Shown: piece after piece, positions 48,816 to 54,574 of the stretch
Numbering within the stretch: the first letter of the stretch is position 1
Layout of the letters: each line of letters opens with the position of its first letter
Source of the DNA: Rhizodiscina lignyota
Taxonomy: Eukaryota
Direction: 5' to 3'
Assembly (NCBI GenBank): GCA_010015805.1
Contig: ML978131.1
Location: 1,054,001-1,108,574 of the forward strand
DNA: 54,574 nucleotides
Translations under genes and position numbers: made by a program
The notes under the pieces: model-generated
Seen by the model: only the letters and a program-made list of their open reading frames with translations
Databases searched by the model: none
What the model was told of the DNA's origin: nothing

Positions 48816-49617
48816 TCAGGTCTTGGACTCGTATAGACAATTCCGTGCTCCTCGCCAAACCTCCTCAAGGATTTTGCGCTTGGGAAGGAGATTCTGTACT
48901 TGTGTCAGATCAAGAATTTGGCGCTTGAGGGAAAATGGTTCATACGGGAAAGACTACAACGACGTCTTCTTCGCCTTCGACAACAATCGCAAGGTAGTAT
49001 CGGACCTCGAAGCCCTTGAATGCTTCGTGAATGAAGATGTCTTGGATCGCCGTTGTTGGGATAAAGCGAGTAGCCCAGGGGGCAAGATATGTAGATGAAG
49101 ACGTAGACGTCTGTACACCCATGCCCCTCAAAACTAAAAGAGACTCCTCTATGGATTTTAAGTCAATTTAAAATGCCCTATTGCACGCAATTGAAGTAAG
49201 AAAATCGACTGATCATGTGACATCGCGTTATCGACGCGTCTTTCGAGCATAGACATATGTAAACGAGCAAAGGGTGAAAATCATACCAGTGTAGCCTCTC
49301 CGCATGACAAGCCACAGGCCAAATAAACCAGCAGAAATGAGATATTTCCAGAGTGTGCTCGTTGCGAATGCCCGAAGCGCGCACAAAGTCGAGCTAGTCG
49401 TGGTCACGCATTGCTCAAGAGAGTCGGGATTTGAATTGTTTCTCTCAGCCCATTTGAGGCCAAAAATTGTCAGGATAAGGGCACCTGTGATTGTTCTGAG
49501 AAGAATAAGGAGACAGAACAATGCACGAGCAGATAGAGACGAGTTCGGCTGCGTGTTGCGGACGGTGAAGAGGGCAGTTGCGGGAGTGGGGCGTGAGGCG
49601 AAGAAGCAGATGGTCAT
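48816..49617 (-). CDS. GPI15: GPI-GlcNAc transferase subunit PIG-H
   Basis: ATG 49617; introns 49286-49149 and 48945-48894; two TM helices then EESLLVLRGMGVQ..TRFIP..IQDIFIHEAF..YYLAIVV..VVFP|NLLP; TGA 48818-48816. Confidence 0.88.
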
Positions 49618-50121
49618 GATGGCTTTCTGCGAACCTTTCAGTAATAGAGGATATCTAGAAGGGCGAAATGGTTCACTTGATGGGATCTCTTGTGAGTTGT
49701 GAACCATAGGGGCTGAATGGAGAGGCACTAGAACTAAAATAGGAATAGCGCGAAGACACGCTGAACAACTCAAAACACTTTTCAAGTTTTGGCCCGCACG
49801 GAAGGCTGAACCTCTTCTCTATCCATTTCTCCCTGATATTACATTTCAACCTGCCTCCAGACTCCAATGGCTGCTAATGCTCTAAAAATGCTTTCTCCAT
49901 CCACAGTATATTCGATAGTGGACAAAGTTTTCGCAATTAGCACCTTCTGCGCCTGGGTCTACACCATACCCAGCGCCGTGTCTACTGGATAACTACAGAA
50001 GACATTATTATGGTCGCAACGGAGACCCTGAGACGATGAAGATGTTCACGGGAAAACGACAAGAGCAGCTTCAAATCAATCAATTGCTGTATCTCATAAT
50101 CTAAATTCTTTTGACAGAATC

Positions 50122-51774
50122 TCACAGTTTCGCCGTTGCCGTGCCTGCGGCCTCCTCTGCTCTCTTCCGCGCCCTTTCCCAGAACTCTATTTTCGGGGCC
50201 ACCATACCTGCCCATATTTGCAGCCAGCTCTTGTCAAAAGGTGGCAGACGGACGCCCGTAGTTCCTTCTACTGGTTCCCCTGCGATTCCTCGCAAGAACT
50301 CGAAAAATTCCTCGTAATTTGGTGCAATCGAGTAATAAGCCTTGCCGCCACGCAAAGCCTCTGCGCGCCTCTTCTCCCATTCCTTTTGTTCCTTTATTGG
50401 AGGTAGAGTCTTTCCTCTTCCTGAGAGCTGGCGCGCAATTGCAACAGCTTGCCATTGGTATATACGGAAGGTGAACCCTCCTCCTAACTTTGAGTTGAAA
50501 TCAGTCAGTTTCAGCACTAAAATTTAAGTTTATAGATATATTTGGCTCGACCAACCATGCCCACAAACGCAAGTGAGGGATCATCAATATACCAAGTGTG
50601 CTGATAGACATCCGGCAATCGTCTATAAGCGTTCTTAACCTTCTCCTGGACGGTTGGCAGATACGGTAAGCTGAAGGTATAGCCTGTGCCGAAAATGACG
50701 TGATCGACGTCATCGAGATGAGAACCGTCTGCGAGAAAGATCCTTCCGGTGCTTGGGTCGAATTTTGTGATTTGCTTCTTGACGACAATGTGCGGATGAG
50801 TCCATGGGACCCAGCCAAAGGCTGGAAGAGGCGGGCCTCGCAGTGAAGCAATCACTGGATGTTGAGCGAATGGTAAGATCTCATGGATGATCTCCGCACA
50901 AGATACAGAACCTCCCACAACAACCACACGCTGCGTTGTGCAGGTTAGTGACCACTCACATCAATGCTGGCGGGATGTGTAGAGTTCTCCTCGGCTTACC
51001 TTCCCCCGGAACTTTTTGGCATCCCGGAAGTGCTTACTATGCGTCACTCGTCCCTGAAATTTCGCATCGTATTCGAGAAGGCCAGGAATCTGCGGGATCC
51101 AGGGGATATTATAGTGTCCGCTCGCTACGACAAGAGCATCAAAACTCTCTTGCCACCACTGGTTCTTACCAGGTCCATCCTTTCTTAGGGTGAGGATCCA
51201 CTCGCCATTTTTCTTTTCCGCATGCTCAACCGTCGTATTCAGCTCAAGCAGCTCTTCAAGGCCGTTGCGAACGAAAATGTCCTCAACCCATTGGCGAATT
51301 ACCTCTCGGTCGCGGAAAGGTGCTTCAGGACCATACTTCTCTCGAATATCTTGAGATATGTCCTCTGGGAATGGGTAATTCAAATAACTCATGAGGAATG
51401 GGTCTATGTTGCTATGGAGATGTTCATGTTGTGCCGTATCAGAGTAGCGTGCTTGGTGGCTGTTTACTGCTTCGGACTTCGGAGTCTCTGCTGGCAGCTG
51501 AGAGGGGACTTGAATTGCCCAGTCTGCATTTCCGTCAAGAACATCACGCAGGGACGGTATCTGAGCCGGCAAATGCGGAGTGTACACCCTGTAGCAGTCA
51601 GCTATCTGGCCTCGAGCTATTATTCTTCGCTGCTCACCATGAACCTCCAATCACGGGTCTTCGCTCGAAGACTCGAATAGTTTGAAAGGCCTGCTCCTTT
51701 ACCAATGCATCTGTCGCAATGGCACCAGAAGGCCCGGCACCAATGACCGCAACACGCTTCGCTTTGATTGGCAT
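50122..51774 (-). CDS. Flavin-containing monooxygenase (class B, yeast FMO1-like) with C-terminal PTS1
   Basis: ATG 51774; introns 51637-51589, 50999-50931, ~50555-50488. FAD GAGPSG, GGSW, VVASGHY, FQGRVTHSKHFR fingerprint, NADPH VVGGSVS, FGTGY; ends -AKL. Confidence 0.92.
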
Positions 51775-53305
51775 TGCTTTTCGTAGGGTTGATGAGTTCG
51801 AATGGTTTGCCTCGAACTCTCCTGGTTCAGGGGAGCACGATCTTTGTGGAAGATAACTAACAAATTCTACAAGCGTTTCATTAATAAACTCCCAAACTCG
51901 GTGTCTCGAGTACGAAAACTTTCACAGACAAGCTGTGTCGCTGTGGAGCATTTATCAATATCCGACATCGTGCGATTTCGCAATCTGCGTGAGGATTGCG
52001 CCTTTCGGTACTACGATGGCATAACAGCCGGCTATCCTGTAGACAGCGATAAGGTTGCAGCTTAAGCAAACGTAAAGCTTGCATGTATCCACTTTTCGGT
52101 AGTGATGTGAGAAGTGTTTTACGCTGTCAGACGTTGTTCTTGATGTCAATATCTCACCAAGTCCCTGCAGGACCACCCAAGGGAATACGACCTGGCTCCT
52201 CTTTAACGAATCAAGTTTCGCTGCAGTTGAGCGAAAGAACTACGTAATCCAAAATAGAATGTTGAAAGATGGATAGACGATATACGATACCGTCACAAGA
52301 ACTTCCTCCCATGGGTGCCCTGTCATTCTGGGGGAGAATTGCCTTCCGAGTCACGATATGTAGAAAGAATGTCGCTCGAAACTTTCTACTGAGCGCAAGG
52401 TACAAATTGGCGAAGCTGCAAACTATTATGCAGCCGCGAGCAGGAAAGCTTTTATATCCCACAATAGAAAGTTACCTGGCGCTACCCCTAGAGCTGAACG
52501 AGCATTGACACGTTGAATGGTTGAGTCTACGATACTGCACTTCAACGCTGTACCGCAACCCCGCCACCAGCTTCAAGTTTCTTCAAGCCTTCTCACAGCA
52601 TTGCTCTCCATATATAACCTATGAAGCGAGTGGGTGAGGCAGAGTCTCCTGGTAATGACGAGCTGATTTGCATATTTAGATATTATAAGAGACTGTTTCT
52701 TAGATAAAAGGATTAGGCGCAACACGGGAGCTCGACCAGCGTAGGGCACAACTATCCCTTGGCCGCTCCCATGAGTTTAGGAAAGGCTATTCATGACAAG
52801 CTGGGGAACACACGGGTGTTGCTAGAGCTATCTTCTTTGAGGGCATGGCTAAAGAGTACGTCTTAAGCAAACTATTCTCCAGCAACTTCATTTCGATGCC
52901 GTCAGTCGTTGGTGCTTGGAGATCCCGCGAGGACACATTAACACTTTCACTTATGTACTCTGTCGCTAGCGCAACGTGGTATCATCAGGACCATGTGATC
53001 CGGGAGTCACGAACCCAGGTTGCCTGTCCAAATAACAACGTCATATTGAACATCCTTCTCCTCTGCAATTCGTTTGCCAACACTTCAACATCAATAAGTA
53101 TGCCCTTGTACTTCCTGAGCGTGCAGCTGCAGCTTTCGAGGATTAAGAGGAACAATACACCGTAAGGTCCTTCGAGGAATGGATGGCCCAGCCTGTCGAT
53201 GGCCTCAATATCGTAGTAATTGCGCGCCCAGAGGACATCTACAGACCCATATGTATTCGTTCTGCAGGACAGCAGATTTCAAGCTCTTCTCCGCAGAGTG
53301 ATGGA

Positions 53306-54232
53306 CTAGCCCACGACTTTTTCGAGAGTACCTTCCGCATACTTCATCGTCTTCTCCTTCCGTTTCAGGATTGCGTCCTTCTGACGCTCTCGCTCATTAG
53401 CCGACGCATTAATGTTATACCGTGCACTGGTATGCTTTCCCCAAAACTCCTTAGGCGAGGTGCTAATGCCTCCGCCATAGACCCGTAGGTCTATTTCATG
53501 CCTTAATGATGGCCTCAGCGCAAAAATAATGCTGCTCCGTCCCTTTGGATTAGCGACGACACGATGTCGGCCTGCTCTAACTTTCATGCCAGTCAGAGAC
53601 TGCAACGCGCTTGCAGCCAGTAGCGTAGGACCTTCCACGTCCTTCCATACCGGACCCTCGTTAGTCAAATGTTGCACTTGAAGTCCATCTCCTTGACAGA
53701 CACAGAGAGTCAAGAGCCCAATGTCGACATGGGATTCCGCAACTCCAGATAAAGGCTCATACTCGAATACCCTAAAGATCGTAGTCGTCGACTCCTCCTC
53801 AGAACCAGGCAAGGTAAGACATCCATCCAAAACTGGATCCCACACCTGGTCCGGATCTGCCAAGCCCATCGCATACGCTAAATCAACCAGAACGCGCAGA
53901 AGCAGCATTCCGGTATCATGCCAGGCGTCACGAACATGTTTCTCGAGATCCATGTCTGGATGGGTCCTGCAGCGGAGGGTTAGGTACTGCTTTTCGCCAA
54001 CATTGTTCGTATAGCCGACTTCTGGTCGACCTTCGGGATTAGGATAGAGCTTTGATTTGGTTTCATTGGCTTGAGCGAAGAACTGATTCGCCGTCTCGAA
54101 AACTTTCTTGTAGCTTTGTTGTAGCTGAGATGGTAGAGGGAAGTTCATATGACCTTGAGCTGCAAATGAGAGGATTTGTCCATTTGTGAGTAACGGCGGA
54201 GGGTGAGAAGGGGGTGTGAAGCCTTCTTCCAT
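53306..54232 (-). CDS. 2-oxoglutarate/Fe(II)-dependent oxygenase (IPNS-like fold)
   Basis: Intronless 308 aa; HVD..H facial triad (SHVDIGLLTL, GRHRVV) and RSS 2OG-binding motif. Confidence 0.88.
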   Translation of the reverse strand: MEEGFTPPSHPPPLLTNGQILSFAAQGHMNFPLPSQLQQSYKKVFETANQFFAQANETKSKLYPNPEGRPEVGYTNNVGEKQYLTLRCRTHPDMDLEKHVRDAWHDTGMLLLRVLVDLAYAMGLADPDQVWDPVLDGCLTLPGSEEESTTTIFRVFEYEPLSGVAESHVDIGLLTLCVCQGDGLQVQHLTNEGPVWKDVEGPTLLAASALQSLTGMKVRAGRHRVVANPKGRSSIIFALRPSLRHEIDLRVYGGGISTSPKEFWGKHTSARYNINASANERERQKDAILKRKEKTMKYAEGTLEKVVG

Positions 54233-54325
54233 ACTGGCGCATCATCTGTGATTACTCGGATGCGTTCGAATTTCGATTTGACGGGCTCTTTGGGCCATGA
54301 ATATCCTGTACTGGTGGTGAGATGG

Positions 54326-54342
54326 GAGAGAGAGAGAGAGAG
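54326..54342. repeat. (GA)n microsatellite
   Basis: gagagagagagagagaga run upstream of the 2OG oxygenase start. Confidence 0.8.
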
Positions 54343-54574
54343 ATTTTCATTCGCCCTTTTAGGCCATTTCTGGCCCACGTGGGGGTTCCTGCCTGACTAA
54401 TCATACAATATGCCTTATAATCCCTTTAAAATAAACACTTTTTATGAAAGCTTTGGCTCCTTTCAAGTATTCAGGCCTTAAACAGTGTGCTTCAGGCCTG
54501 TTCCATCTGTTCCTTCACTCCCTGGCCTCCCTGCCTTGCCTTCCTCCTTGTGCCTGTGCCTGAGCCTTTGCCTC

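Noticed and set aside
49948..49976. Hairpin gcgcctgggt..acccagcgc between the FMO 3' end and the GPI15 promoter
   Set aside because: Short isolated stem with no tRNA, riboswitch or snoRNA consensus around it.
54515..54574. Minus-strand EAKAQAQAQGGRQGREARE* as the 3' end of an off-window gene
   Set aside because: Too short and low-complexity to support without flanking sequence.
1..54574. tRNA, 5S rRNA, snRNA, TPP riboswitch, CRISPR arrays, intact transposase or RT ORFs
   Set aside because: No consensus sequences recognised by eye; tRNAscan-SE or Infernal could still find intron-containing or divergent RNAs.

Overview
Euchromatic window from a filamentous ascomycete (Pezizomycotina-type: 45-65 nt GT-AG introns with CTRAC/CTAAY branch points, standard code). 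It carries about 23 protein-coding loci, reconstructed by hand-splicing. Core genes: RNA Pol III largest subunit (RPC1), neutral trehalase (NTH1), COP9 signalosome subunit 1 (CSN1), tRNA pseudouridine 38/39 synthase (DEG1/PUS3) and GPI-GnT subunit PIG-H (GPI15). Accessory and metabolic genes: an FHA tail-anchored protein, two SDRs, a CYP52-like P450, a probably secreted VOC/glyoxalase, an MFS transporter, an intronless YVTN/YncE-like beta-propeller, a cupin, two F-box-like proteins, an atypical Rho-like GTPase, an FMO and a 2OG-Fe(II) oxygenase. No tRNA, rRNA, intact transposon or CRISPR was recognised. The most notable observation is a pair of small paralogous orphan genes (20959-21654, 24588-25156), not apparent from the ORF track alone, which share motifs and intron position and each lie behind about 3 kb with no recognisable gene. 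Also notable: an otherwise intact P450 with a single in-frame TAG and a GC-AG intron; a co-oriented accessory block with bacterial-looking intronless genes; a telomere-motif-rich segment at the left edge; and a degenerate 166-bp direct repeat. Family assignments come from motif recognition, not database searches.
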